From a plasmid: a DNA stretch of 64,000 nucleotides. The notes under the pieces are model-generated. The model did not search any database. It was not told the DNA's origin and saw only the letters and a list, made by a program, of their open reading frames with translations. Of the stretch, positions 1-9,020 are shown one piece after another (the first letter of the stretch is position 1; each line of letters begins with the position of its first letter). The position numbers and the translations under genes are program-made. The stretch lies in the sequence record NZ_CP090008.1; one strand, 5' to 3'.

Positions 1-3000
1 CCCAAACGTGTCATAGGACGGACATTCTTGTACCCGTGGGCTTCGTCAACAAAGAGCATATCAATACCAAGGCTTTCAAAGTTGATAAACTCATCAATAC
101 CAGTCTTGTTCTCAAGCAACGTTTCTAAGTTTGCCTCAAGACTTCTACGCATAGATTGTGCTTGTTTGAATGTGATTCTGTCGTCATTAGCTTTTGCGTA
201 ACTAATGATCTCATCAAGTTCATCAATCTTTTCAGAAATAAAGGCTTGTTCACATTCTTGTGAGACACGAACTTTCTCAAATTGAGAATGGCCAATCACA
301 ATACCATCATAGTCACTCGTTAGAATACGAGAAACGAACAAGCGACGACGTGACTTTTCAAAGTCCTGCTCAGTCGTAACAAACACTTTCTTAGTCGGAT
401 AGAAACGCATAATTTCTTGACCAAATTGTGCTGTTAGACTAGACGGAACCACAAACAATGGTTTATGAATAAGCCCAAGCTCTTTCATCTTGAAAGCTGC
501 TGAAATCATGGTTAGTGTCTTACCAGTACCTACTTCGTGAGCGAGGAGTGCACGTCTCTCTTCAAGAATACGTTGGACTGCATTCTTTTGGTGAGGGCGA
601 AGCTCTACACCTTTAGCCAACCCATCAAATTCCAAGAGACTACCGTCATATTGACGTGTCACATAGCGATTAAAGACTTCATTGTAGGTATCTTCAATCA
701 CTTCTTGGACTGTTGGGTTTTCATGAATAAAGTTTTTAAAACTCTCTTGTAGAACACGTTCACACTCACGTAGGTTTGCTGTAGCCACTTCATCAACCTT
801 ACGTATCGGGTTTTCAGTCGTACCAAAGTTACGCATGATTGTTGGTTGATTACTTGTAAGCAAATGAGCCACAATATCTGTTGCGTGTGAGTAGCTTTTA
901 TTGTACTCATCACGTAGACCTAAACGAAGGTTAGATTGACGACTCATATAGCAGTTTAACAAGCGTTCGTTGAAACCTCTTCCGATTCTGGATTTCACTA
1001 ATAGTGATTTAGCTTCTTCAGAATGGAGACCAACCTTTTCATCCAACAATTCATTAAACACCCATTGAGAAACGACATTACTAGGAATCCAGCTAGAACC
1101 AATGCTGAAATCAATATCAGATAAGACAACTGGTTCTGGTACAACAGATAAAATCAATTCCAAATAACGTTCCCAATCCGCTTGTGTATCTCCGTCTTCA
1201 ATGAGAGATGTAATGCAATCACGTTTAGTAAGAACATCACCTGAAAGGAATTTATCCTTAGTAACATAGTGTACAGTCTTATCATCAATATAGCGTTCCA
1301 CATCAATCATCACAGTCTCACCTAGTTCAGAAATCATCATATCTTCTGAGACATCTGGATAGACAGAACTCATGAGGTTCAAATCAACGCCACGACCTTC
1401 TGAAAGTGACACATTCAAAGCTTCTACTGCTGACATCACTTGATGGAGGTGTTTTTTAGGACGAATAGTTGGCTTTTTAAAAGCATCTGACTTCACAAAG
1501 ACTACCTTTGAGCTGTCATTCTCGTCCAACTCCTCTAATTCAAGACTAGCGATAAGAGGGTAACGGTCATCTCGGTCAAAAAGGCGAGCATTCACCGCTT
1601 GATTGATATAACCATACTTCTTCTTGAAAGTATCGTAGACTTGATTAAGTGTTGCAAGCAGTTGTTTGAATTGTCCTTCATCATAGTCTGTTGTCATTTG
1701 AATATCAATAATTGCTTGATATGCATTTTTGATAGCAACCATGCCACGAATACGTTTGTTTTCTGTATCCGTAAGAGGTGTTTCATAGAAATAAATACCT
1801 TTATAAAGTCCTTTACTTTTAGCTGCTTTAGAAGGTGTTTGACTTACCCATGTATTCGTAACAATATTTGGGTCTCCTTCTACTGCTGCTTCAAAGTCTA
1901 AAATGGCCTCTTCTTTGTATTTATCATCATATTTTACGAACTGTCCTTGTTCGTCTTGATAAAAAATCATTTCAGCTGCGCGTGAGCTAGGACGGATAGA
2001 CGTGTTATCACGATAATAGACACGCCCATTTTTATCACAAGCATACTCGTTCAATCGAATATCAAGTGAAGCAAGTAAGTCTTGGTCAAGATGATTCACT
2101 TCTTCTTTAAGGATAATATCACGAGGTTCTAGTCTCTCCACTTCGAAAGGCACTGTTACTTTTGATAGTGCTTCTTGAAGCTCTGAAGCTAAGTCAAAAG
2201 AGCTATCTACCACAAGATCCAGTGTTCCACCATTGAAATTACGTACCTGATAATCACCTAGGACACAAGGATTTTTACAAATAGCATCCTGGAAGAAATA
2301 GGGATTGAGTGAGACACGTTTATCAAAGGGGAGTTTCTTTCTATCTGAAGACCAGAAGTCGATATTATTATCGGGAACAGGGATAAAAGCTCCTTTTTGG
2401 AAAAATAGGATATCTGTTACCACTCGTGTTCCAGCATCTTTAAAAGCAGTATTTGGTAAGCGGACACCACCTAAAAACTGAGTTCCGCTACGACGGAGTT
2501 CTGGCAGAATTGAACCAGCACTCTTATCTGCAGTACCAGTTGAAGTGATAGCAGCAACCATCCCATGATAGGGTACCAAATCGATAGCCTTCTTAAAGAA
2601 GTAATCATGAATACGATAAGGTTTATTATCATAAGCTTTATCGACAATGCGAACATCCGCAAATGGAACATTCGTAATGACCAAGTCAAATGGTGTCCCT
2701 TCAAAGTTTACTGTTTCAAATCCTTGGACTAAAACAGTAGCATCTTGATGAAGGTGTTTAGCAATAGCACCTGTAATGGTATCAAGTTCAATTCCATAAA
2801 GAGTAGAATTCTTCTTGATATCCTCTGGCATTGTTTCAAAGAAGATACCAGTACCCATTGATGGATCAAGAATATTACCTCCTTTAAACCCACTTTCTAC
2901 AATCTTATCCCACATTGCAGTAGCAATCTCTGGACTTGTGTAGTAAGCCGTAAGGGAGCTCATTTCCATCGCACGATATTCTTCTTTAGTGACAAGACTT

Positions 3001-3221
3001 TTTAGCTCATCACGTTCTTTTGCAAAACGATTAATCTTACTATCAAAGAAATCGTTAGCAAGCCCTCCCCAACCAACATAGTTAGAGAGAATTTCTTGTT
3101 CGGCACTATCGGCTAGACGGTTATCTGCTTCGAGTGCTTTCACAAGTTTAATGGCAGAAAGGTTAGCTTGAACCTTTTCTGCTTTTGTCATTGTTTTAGT
3201 ATTATTTTTTTGTTCTTCCAT
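1..3221 (-). CDS. N6-adenine DNA methyltransferase / SNF2-family helicase fusion protein. The N-terminal ~1073 aa lie in the window; the C-terminus is beyond the window start.
   Basis: It is missing from the ORF track because it runs off the edge. Manual minus-strand translation from ATG at 3219-3221 (AGGAGA RBS upstream) is open through position 1: MEEQKNNTKTMTKAEKVQANL... It has an amino-MTase motif NVPFAD...AYDNKPY, a Walker A LAHEVGTGKTLTMISAAF and a DEAH-type box VDEAHGYKN. Confidence 0.7.
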   Translation of the reverse strand, partial: MEEQKNNTKTMTKAEKVQANLSAIKLVKALEADNRLADSAEQEILSNYVGWGGLANDFFDSKINRFAKERDELKSLVTKEEYRAMEMSSLTAYYTSPEIATAMWDKIVESGFKGGNILDPSMGTGIFFETMPEDIKKNSTLYGIELDTITGAIAKHLHQDATVLVQGFETVNFEGTPFDLVITNVPFADVRIVDKAYDNKPYRIHDYFFKKAIDLVPYHGMVAAITSTGTADKSAGSILPELRRSGTQFLGGVRLPNTAFKDAGTRVVTDILFFQKGAFIPVPDNNIDFWSSDRKKLPFDKRVSLNPYFFQDAICKNPCVLGDYQVRNFNGGTLDLVVDSSFDLASELQEALSKVTVPFEVERLEPRDIILKEEVNHLDQDLLASLDIRLNEYACDKNGRVYYRDNTSIRPSSRAAEMIFYQDEQGQFVKYDDKYKEEAILDFEAAVEGDPNIVTNTWVSQTPSKAAKSKGLYKGIYFYETPLTDTENKRIRGMVAIKNAYQAIIDIQMTTDYDEGQFKQLLATLNQVYDTFKKKYGYINQAVNARLFDRDDRYPLIASLELEELDENDSSKVVFVKSDAFKKPTIRPKKHLHQVMSAVEALNVSLSEGRGVDLNLMSSVYPDVSEDMMISELGETVMIDVERYIDDKTVHYVTKDKFLSGDVLTKRDCITSLIEDGDTQADWERYLELILSVVPEPVVLSDIDFSIGSSWIPSNVVSQWVFNELLDEKVGLHSEEAKSLLVKSRIGRGFNERLLNCYMSRQSNLRLGLRDEYNKSYSHATDIVAHLLTSNQPTIMRNFGTTENPIRKVDEVATANLRECERVLQESFKNFIHENPTVQEVIEDTYNEVFNRYVTRQYDGSLLEFDGLAKGVELRPHQKNAVQRILEERRALLAHEVGTGKTLTMISAAFKMKELGLIHKPLFVVPSSLTAQFGQEIMRFYPTKKVFVTTEQDFEKSRRRLFVSRILTSDYDGIVIGHSQFEKVRVSQECEQAFISEKIDELDEIISYAKANDDRITFKQAQSMRRSLEANLETLLENKTGIDEFINFESLGIDMLFVDEAHGYKNVRPMTRL

Positions 3222-3245
3222 TGTTGTTCTTTCTCCTTAAAACTA

Positions 3246-3285
3246 AAAAAGACCTGGTATAAAACCAAGTCTTTCTTTTTAGTTA
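3246..3285 (-). terminator. Rho-independent terminator hairpin (agacctggt/accaagtct) with flanking T-runs.
   Basis: A GC-containing inverted repeat followed by a T-tract lies downstream of the 3367..3810 minus-strand gene. Confidence 0.5.
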
Positions 3286-3366
3286 TAGTATTTGTTAATA
3301 CGACTCAAGAATAAGTGAGTGCTTATCAAAGCTTTTGCTGACAGTCTGACTGTCATAGCTTTACTC

Positions 3367-3810
3367 TTATTTTCTATTTAAATTAGGATGATGGTCTTCT
3401 AAAACAAACTTTTCATCGTTGAGTTCTGGTATTGATACCCAATAAAAATCATCGGTATCAAAACCGTGTGTCATAGCAATTTCGTGCCAGACATCTGGAG
3501 CTGTATAGGTATAACCTAAAAGTTCCTTTCGGTTTTTTCGTCCAAAATCAATTTGACGCCCTTTTAGAAAATCAACCATACGTTCATAGGTGAATTCTGT
3601 GTTCAACAAAAAATCATCTTCCCTTTCAAACGTATCTAAGGTCTTACTGATTGTATCAACCAGGTATTTCCCAATCATCTTTTGATTGTTATAAAGAACA
3701 ATAGTCAACTTCATGACGTTTCTCCCTGAATTATACATGAAATCACGTATAGTGTTATCTCTAGTATAACATGAAAACGCAGTTGACTCATAATGAGTTC
3801 TAAGTTTCAT
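3367..3810 (-). CDS. Hypothetical acidic protein.
   Basis: 147-aa ORF in an operon with neighbours. I recognise no motif. Confidence 0.4.
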   Translation of the reverse strand: MKLRTHYESTAFSCYTRDNTIRDFMYNSGRNVMKLTIVLYNNQKMIGKYLVDTISKTLDTFEREDDFLLNTEFTYERMVDFLKGRQIDFGRKNRKELLGYTYTAPDVWHEIAMTHGFDTDDFYWVSIPELNDEKFVLEDHHPNLNRK

Positions 3811-3825
3811 TTTTTCTCCTTTTAT

Positions 3826-5373
3826 CTAAAACTCAATTTTAAGCTTTCCACAATGAGCTAAAAATTGTTCTGCTTCTTTCTTTGCCTCTTCATCTGCGGA
3901 TTTGTTCCTTTCTCCTTTCAATTGAATGATCCTATTGTTTTTCAATTCAAGAGTATAGAGAGGGGTTTCTCTGTCAGTTTTATCACGAACAAAGACAATA
4001 ATAGAAGTTCCGTAGACAAAGTGTTTTTTTGCATAACTTCCAACACAATGATGTAGGGTTTTGCCTTCTTTGACAATTTCACTTTCGTCTTTAGGAAAGA
4101 TAAAAGCATACTTGTCAAATGCGGTCTGAGCCTTCATCATGTTTGTCAAACGTTTAGCTGTTTCAATCTTCAACTTCGCCTCTTTCTTTTCGTCCTCAAG
4201 GCGTTGTTTCTCTTCTCTCAAATCTCTGACAGCATTAGTTACACGTAAATATGTACCACGTGCTTGTTGATTCTCGAGAAGAGCTGAATAATTTTCTACG
4301 ATCTCTGTATGTTTATTTTCCCAATTTTTTGGGATAACTACATAATCTCCATCAAATGGAATTCCCAGAGCTTCTACCATTTCTTGATAGTCCTCATAAT
4401 CACGAAGGGAGATATTGTTTTTCATCATCCAGTTAATAAAACGAATTGGTTTCACAGTGGATGGTATGATACTTTCCAAACGCTTAATTAGTGGCTTCTT
4501 GTCAGAAATCATAGCGTCTGTAATCAACTCGTATAACCCCTTGAAAGTTCGACCATATCGTCTACGCAAATCTTCCTCAAAAAATGCCTTTTCAACATTC
4601 ATATCCGTATTTTTTAGAAACGGTTTATTCCTTTTAAGAAAGTTCATGGTAACCTTACCCATATTTGCATGACCATGTCCTAGACTAGATGAGTAATAAG
4701 ACCTATAAAAAGTAGACCCTACCAAGTCTTTGACGATTCCACGCGCCTTGATTTTTTGAGCGAATTCAATACGTTCTCTATATTTATAGAGGTGAGGTAG
4801 TACTAAGTTTATCTCAAAATTATCTTTAATCACTTGTCCAAAATCTAAATATCTCAACTCAGACTTTGTTTGTAATTTCTGAATAAGACTTTCCATATCC
4901 CCATAAAGCGTATAGACACTAAATGCACCAGAACCAAAAAAGAGAGCATTCCTCTGATTTTGGAATCCACTTCTATAGATATCTTTACCTTTTTGGGCTG
5001 AAAGATATGGATCCCGGTGGGCTTTAACAATCTTATTGTTGGCAAGCTGATAAAAGTTGTAAAGTCTGACTTTGAACTTTTCTTTTCCTTTTTCGAAGGA
5101 TTGAGTCACAGAATACATCTGCATTTCAATGCGTTTCTTTGTAACTCCCATCCAGACATAGTAGAAAGTATCTCCTACAAAGGTCAAACGGCTATTAAGT
5201 GATAAGCGTTTTGTAACCTTTTCCGAAAATTTTTTTCGGTCTGAAGAGATAATTGTCCTGGACTTATTAGTCCATTCATAGATAGGAAAATCATTCATCG
5301 CCCACTTGAAAAATCCGTTAGGAACTTTTAGACGATTGTCAACGATTTCTTGAATAGTCATTTCTTTTGTCAT
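3826..5373 (-). CDS. Hypothetical protein, possibly PcfJ-like (conjugative-plasmid-associated family).
   Basis: 515-aa ORF. The C-terminal region KTLHHCVGSYAKKHFVYGTSIIVF...LELKNNRIIQLKGERN is reminiscent of PcfJ-like proteins of enterococcal and streptococcal conjugative elements. This is from memory, not verified. Confidence 0.35.
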   Translation of the reverse strand: MTKEMTIQEIVDNRLKVPNGFFKWAMNDFPIYEWTNKSRTIISSDRKKFSEKVTKRLSLNSRLTFVGDTFYYVWMGVTKKRIEMQMYSVTQSFEKGKEKFKVRLYNFYQLANNKIVKAHRDPYLSAQKGKDIYRSGFQNQRNALFFGSGAFSVYTLYGDMESLIQKLQTKSELRYLDFGQVIKDNFEINLVLPHLYKYRERIEFAQKIKARGIVKDLVGSTFYRSYYSSSLGHGHANMGKVTMNFLKRNKPFLKNTDMNVEKAFFEEDLRRRYGRTFKGLYELITDAMISDKKPLIKRLESIIPSTVKPIRFINWMMKNNISLRDYEDYQEMVEALGIPFDGDYVVIPKNWENKHTEIVENYSALLENQQARGTYLRVTNAVRDLREEKQRLEDEKKEAKLKIETAKRLTNMMKAQTAFDKYAFIFPKDESEIVKEGKTLHHCVGSYAKKHFVYGTSIIVFVRDKTDRETPLYTLELKNNRIIQLKGERNKSADEEAKKEAEQFLAHCGKLKIEF

Positions 5374-5431
5374 TGTTTTTCTCCTTAATCAATAAAAAAT
5401 GGCCCTAGGACCATTTTTTTCATCATTTTTG

Positions 5432-5986
5432 TTAAAATTCCCCTTCTTCAACAGATAAATCTGAAAAAAGATCTAACTGTTTCCCAACCTCTTTAGGCAT
5501 TTTCTTTGTTTTTGGGGGCTTTTTAGGCTTCTTGGTTGATTCTTTGCTACCAGTAGTCGTTTTACCTGCTACTGATTTAGTCTCAACTTTAGGGGGGTTC
5601 TTTTTAGTTTGGCTCTTCTTTTTGGGATTTTTTGTTGGTTTCTTACTACCAGTAGCCATCCTACCAAAAACAGAACCTATTTCTACTTCTTCCTCAGTAA
5701 AATACTCCTTAACCCAAGAAAAGACCGTATCATCATCAACCATGGCCCCTTGACCATTTTTATAGTCAGATTTACTGGCTTTTCTGATGCAGTAACGCAT
5801 AGCATTCTTAATCGTACGATCAAGGTGTGTTAGGATTCCAGAAATCAGCTCATCATCCTCTTGATGATCAACTATCCAATTATGAATAGCATCCTCAGTC
5901 GGCGTGTGAGCTTCCGCCATTTCATCATCAAAATGGCTTACTGCCATGAAGCGGTCAAAAGCATCAATCTTAATTTTATCTGTCAT
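5432..5986 (-). CDS. Hypothetical protein with lysine-rich basic tail and C-terminal QLDLF motif.
   Basis: 184-aa ORF. The tail is KKPTKNPKKKSQTKKNPPK...KKPKKPPKTKK. The C-terminus ...GKQLDLFSDLSVEEGEF matches the beta-clamp-binding consensus QL[SD]LF. Confidence 0.5.
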   Translation of the reverse strand: MTDKIKIDAFDRFMAVSHFDDEMAEAHTPTEDAIHNWIVDHQEDDELISGILTHLDRTIKNAMRYCIRKASKSDYKNGQGAMVDDDTVFSWVKEYFTEEEVEIGSVFGRMATGSKKPTKNPKKKSQTKKNPPKVETKSVAGKTTTGSKESTKKPKKPPKTKKMPKEVGKQLDLFSDLSVEEGEF

Positions 5987-6001
5987 TGTTTTTCTCCTCT
6001 T

Positions 6002-6826
6002 TTATTTAACTAAAGCTACGTTTCGTTTCCCATCTTGTCCTTGTTTCATTTCTAAAACATCATGTGGGATTAAAAAGTCATCTTGATAGGCTGTTGTAAC
6101 GACACTTAATCCTGCAGAAACAGCCTTAAGTACTGCTTCTACTTCTTCTTGTGTATTAGCTTCACCGATAAATAAGACATTGGGATTAAAGCGTGGGACT
6201 AAAGTGACCAGAGCATCATAGTCCATACGGTTAACCTCATTGACTTGTAGCTGGCCAAAAGATACATCCTTAATTTCGACATGTCTTTCAATTGTCATTA
6301 CTTGCCCTTCTTTAAAAGCTTCAGCAATTATCAAGTAGGCTAAAGTCGTTTTGCCAACACCTGCACGACCAGTAATGATGTGTAAGCCCGGAATGCGTAC
6401 TTGTTCAAGTACGTTTTCCAAGCTACTATCAAAATCAAAGTCACGTAAACAAACTCGATGCTCATCCCTATTGATACAATCTAATAGTCGTATAGCCATC
6501 GTTTCTAGTCCTCGAAAATCGCCTACCGTGGATATCCTGATGGTGATAACTCTCCCATCATCCAACGGATAGTCACAAGTACCTAGTTGCCCACGCCGTT
6601 TTTCGATCACAATCATATCAGCCGTAACTTTTATATGATTAAATAGAACATCCGCATCTTCTGATGAAATGTGGTCATAGACCTGTTTGACACCAGCTTT
6701 TCTAAATGCTACCTCGTATTCTTCACCATGTGGGAAGAAGGTAATATCTTGGATATTGTTATCGATAGCTTCTTTCAAAGCCTGTTTAATGTAAGTAATC
6801 ATTGTTTTTCTCCTCTCAGAACTCAA
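6002..6826 (-). CDS. PilT/VirB11-like secretion-family ATPase (small, 274 aa).
   Basis: Walker A TGRAGVGKTT. Asp-box-like VMTIERHVEI. Walker B-like PNVLFIGEANTQEE. His-box-like AVSAGLSVVTTAY. It overlaps the upstream gene by 11 nt (operon). Confidence 0.55.
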   Translation of the reverse strand: MSSERRKTMITYIKQALKEAIDNNIQDITFFPHGEEYEVAFRKAGVKQVYDHISSEDADVLFNHIKVTADMIVIEKRRGQLGTCDYPLDDGRVITIRISTVGDFRGLETMAIRLLDCINRDEHRVCLRDFDFDSSLENVLEQVRIPGLHIITGRAGVGKTTLAYLIIAEAFKEGQVMTIERHVEIKDVSFGQLQVNEVNRMDYDALVTLVPRFNPNVLFIGEANTQEEVEAVLKAVSAGLSVVTTAYQDDFLIPHDVLEMKQGQDGKRNVALVK

Positions 6827-8300
6827 ACAAGCTTAACTGCTCACCTTCAGTCGTTGGTTTATCGTCAAGTGGCTTTCGACAAGCTACTAGTGCTTTTGGC
6901 ACCTTCTCGACCTTATAAATAGGTTGCATGGCATAGTAGTTCTCAAAGAACGTATCAAAAAATGCAAACAAAAGGTGTCGACATTGCCTTAAAGCCCTAT
7001 ACTCTAATCGAGTATAGTAAGTTGTTTCATCAGATAGCAATTCTGAATCCTTGGTATAAGTTTCAAAAACCCACCATTCAAAGCCACGTGCAAACACCTC
7101 GGTTGGTGTCAAATAATAGTCCAACTTCTTCTTAATGTGAACAGCTTGAGCTAAGTCCGTTCTGGTTTCCTCAGCTATTTGAATTAACTTCAGCAAGCTA
7201 GCCTTGTAGATATATCGAATATCTTTAAAGCTATGTGACGTAGAACTAATGATTCCAGTTTTATCATACGTATAGTCTAAATAATGTCCATACTCATGTA
7301 TGAATGATGAGGAATCTCTTACATCAACTGCCATGATATTTAACCCTGGCACATAAAGTCCGCTTGCTTTATGTTTTCCTAGCTTTCGGAATTTGAGTTC
7401 AGGTTCTACAGTCGAATGAGGTAAGTGATTACACAACTTCTCCCATTCGTTCTCTAAAACTTTAAATTTCTCCTTGTCAAAATCACTACCTCGATAACGC
7501 TCAGTATCAACTTCAACTTTCGAAAACCCTAAATCAAGAAATGACGTGTTACTGTTCATTTCATTATCTTGAAAGATTTTATCCTCACGCACACTGGCTA
7601 TCGTCTTAGTTGACTGATTAACATATTGTGCATTAAGGTTGGCTGCAAGAGCATCTTCATACTCTCTTTTAAGAACGTTAGCTATCTTTTGGATATTTCC
7701 ATAATAACTACATTCCTTATAGATACCTTCACTATGGATAGACATCAATTCAAGAAAGCTAAAAGATACTAGTCCATACCTTGTTTGAGAACTTCTCTCT
7801 CTCCAAAAACTTAGGTTTTTCTTCAAAGGTACTCTAACCTTTGAATCGTCGACAATGAGAAGATACAAAGTGCGTTTGGTATTTTCTGCGCTTTTAGTAG
7901 CAGGTAATCTACTCCCATGGAGTGTGAGAAGAATCTGTTCACCGAAAAGGTGTTCGTGATTTTCTTCATCCCTCAAGCTCATGCTCTCGAACAGTCTTTT
8001 TAGCTTATTCGAAAAATGTGCTTGATCATAACCAATGGTTTCAATATCAGCCATGATGTCTTTGACTTTATAGGCTGTATAAACATTATCTTGTCCAAAT
8101 ACCTCTACTGCTAGTGCTCCGACTTCTTGAGATAAAAGTTCCTGACCTTGATATCTGCGAATATTCGCATAGTAAGTACAAAACTTTCTCACGATATCTG
8201 CAGCTTTATCAGTCTCTTTTATCTTAGGAAAAGTGACTTTTTTAGTCGTTTGCTGTGCTACTGCTAGTAAATTAGTCATTGTTTTTCTCCTTAATAGCAA
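6816..8300 (-). CDS. Putative Zn-metallopeptidase-motif protein (HExxH), ArdC-like candidate, with C-terminal QLSLF motif.
   Basis: 494-aa ORF. HEYGH in SSSFIHEYGHYLDYTYDK. The extreme C-terminus EGEQLSLFEF matches the beta-clamp-binding consensus. Confidence 0.45.
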   Translation of the reverse strand: MLLRRKTMTNLLAVAQQTTKKVTFPKIKETDKAADIVRKFCTYYANIRRYQGQELLSQEVGALAVEVFGQDNVYTAYKVKDIMADIETIGYDQAHFSNKLKRLFESMSLRDEENHEHLFGEQILLTLHGSRLPATKSAENTKRTLYLLIVDDSKVRVPLKKNLSFWRERSSQTRYGLVSFSFLELMSIHSEGIYKECSYYGNIQKIANVLKREYEDALAANLNAQYVNQSTKTIASVREDKIFQDNEMNSNTSFLDLGFSKVEVDTERYRGSDFDKEKFKVLENEWEKLCNHLPHSTVEPELKFRKLGKHKASGLYVPGLNIMAVDVRDSSSFIHEYGHYLDYTYDKTGIISSTSHSFKDIRYIYKASLLKLIQIAEETRTDLAQAVHIKKKLDYYLTPTEVFARGFEWWVFETYTKDSELLSDETTYYTRLEYRALRQCRHLLFAFFDTFFENYYAMQPIYKVEKVPKALVACRKPLDDKPTTEGEQLSLFEF

Positions 8301-8416
8301 AAAGGAAGGTAAAGCTTAAAGCTACTACCTTCCTCTTTCTCTTATATGTACTGTGTACGATACACTATGAACTATACATAGTATAACATGCAATTTATTG
8401 CGTAAAAAAAGGAAAC

Positions 8417-8989
8417 CTAATTATTGTTATCAAGTTTCCTTGCATAATCTCGTTTGTGACTCTCTATATTTCGAGAAATATCATTCTTATCCCAGATTTG
8501 TAACTCCCAAGGATAATAGAAATGACTCTTGTTTTTAAAGTAGAGATGGATGCCAGTATAGTCTTCAGTATCTTTTAAATACCAATTTTTTAGACCGTAT
8601 TCTTCCTTCCAATCATCTAAACGATCCATCACTTCAGTAATGACAGATGTTGGCAAAATGACACGTGCTCCAAAAATATCATTTAAAACCGAATTTACTG
8701 GATACCCTTCTGGTCTTTTAGTAAAACGCTCAATCTTATCTAAAATAGATTCAGATGTCTTCACTCTATAGAAGTAACTAATATCTCTGACATCTGCTAC
8801 CATCAAATAATCGTTGATAGATTCGTGCAGATTCAAACGATATTTTAGAATCTCATCAACTGGTACCTTCGCAAAAGTGTTATTAAGATTGACTTTAGCA
8901 AGTTTACCATTTTCAAAATACTCTTCTGAATACTTTATATGAATGGTGTTGATTTCAAAGATCAGTCGCTCTACTTTCTTGATATCCAA
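8417..8989 (-). CDS. RelA/SpoT-domain small alarmone-synthetase-like protein (toxSAS-like).
   Basis: 190 aa. Synthetase-fold motifs RVKTSESILDKIER, NDIFGARVILP and DYTGIHLYF match the RelA_SpoT nucleotidyltransferase domain. Confidence 0.6.
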   Translation of the reverse strand: MDIKKVERLIFEINTIHIKYSEEYFENGKLAKVNLNNTFAKVPVDEILKYRLNLHESINDYLMVADVRDISYFYRVKTSESILDKIERFTKRPEGYPVNSVLNDIFGARVILPTSVITEVMDRLDDWKEEYGLKNWYLKDTEDYTGIHLYFKNKSHFYYPWELQIWDKNDISRNIESHKRDYARKLDNNN

Positions 8990-9020
8990 CCCTTATACGT
9001 CTCCAAATAATTTTTCTTCA

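Noticed and set aside
537-2704. Small ORFs 537..752, 698..913, 1599..1901 and 2471..2704.
   Set aside because: They are embedded within, or antisense to, the large minus-strand methyltransferase/helicase gene that spans 1-3221.
3367-3810. Calling the acidic 147-aa protein ArdA-like anti-restriction.
   Set aside because: Only the acidic composition supports this. There is no recognisable ArdA motif.
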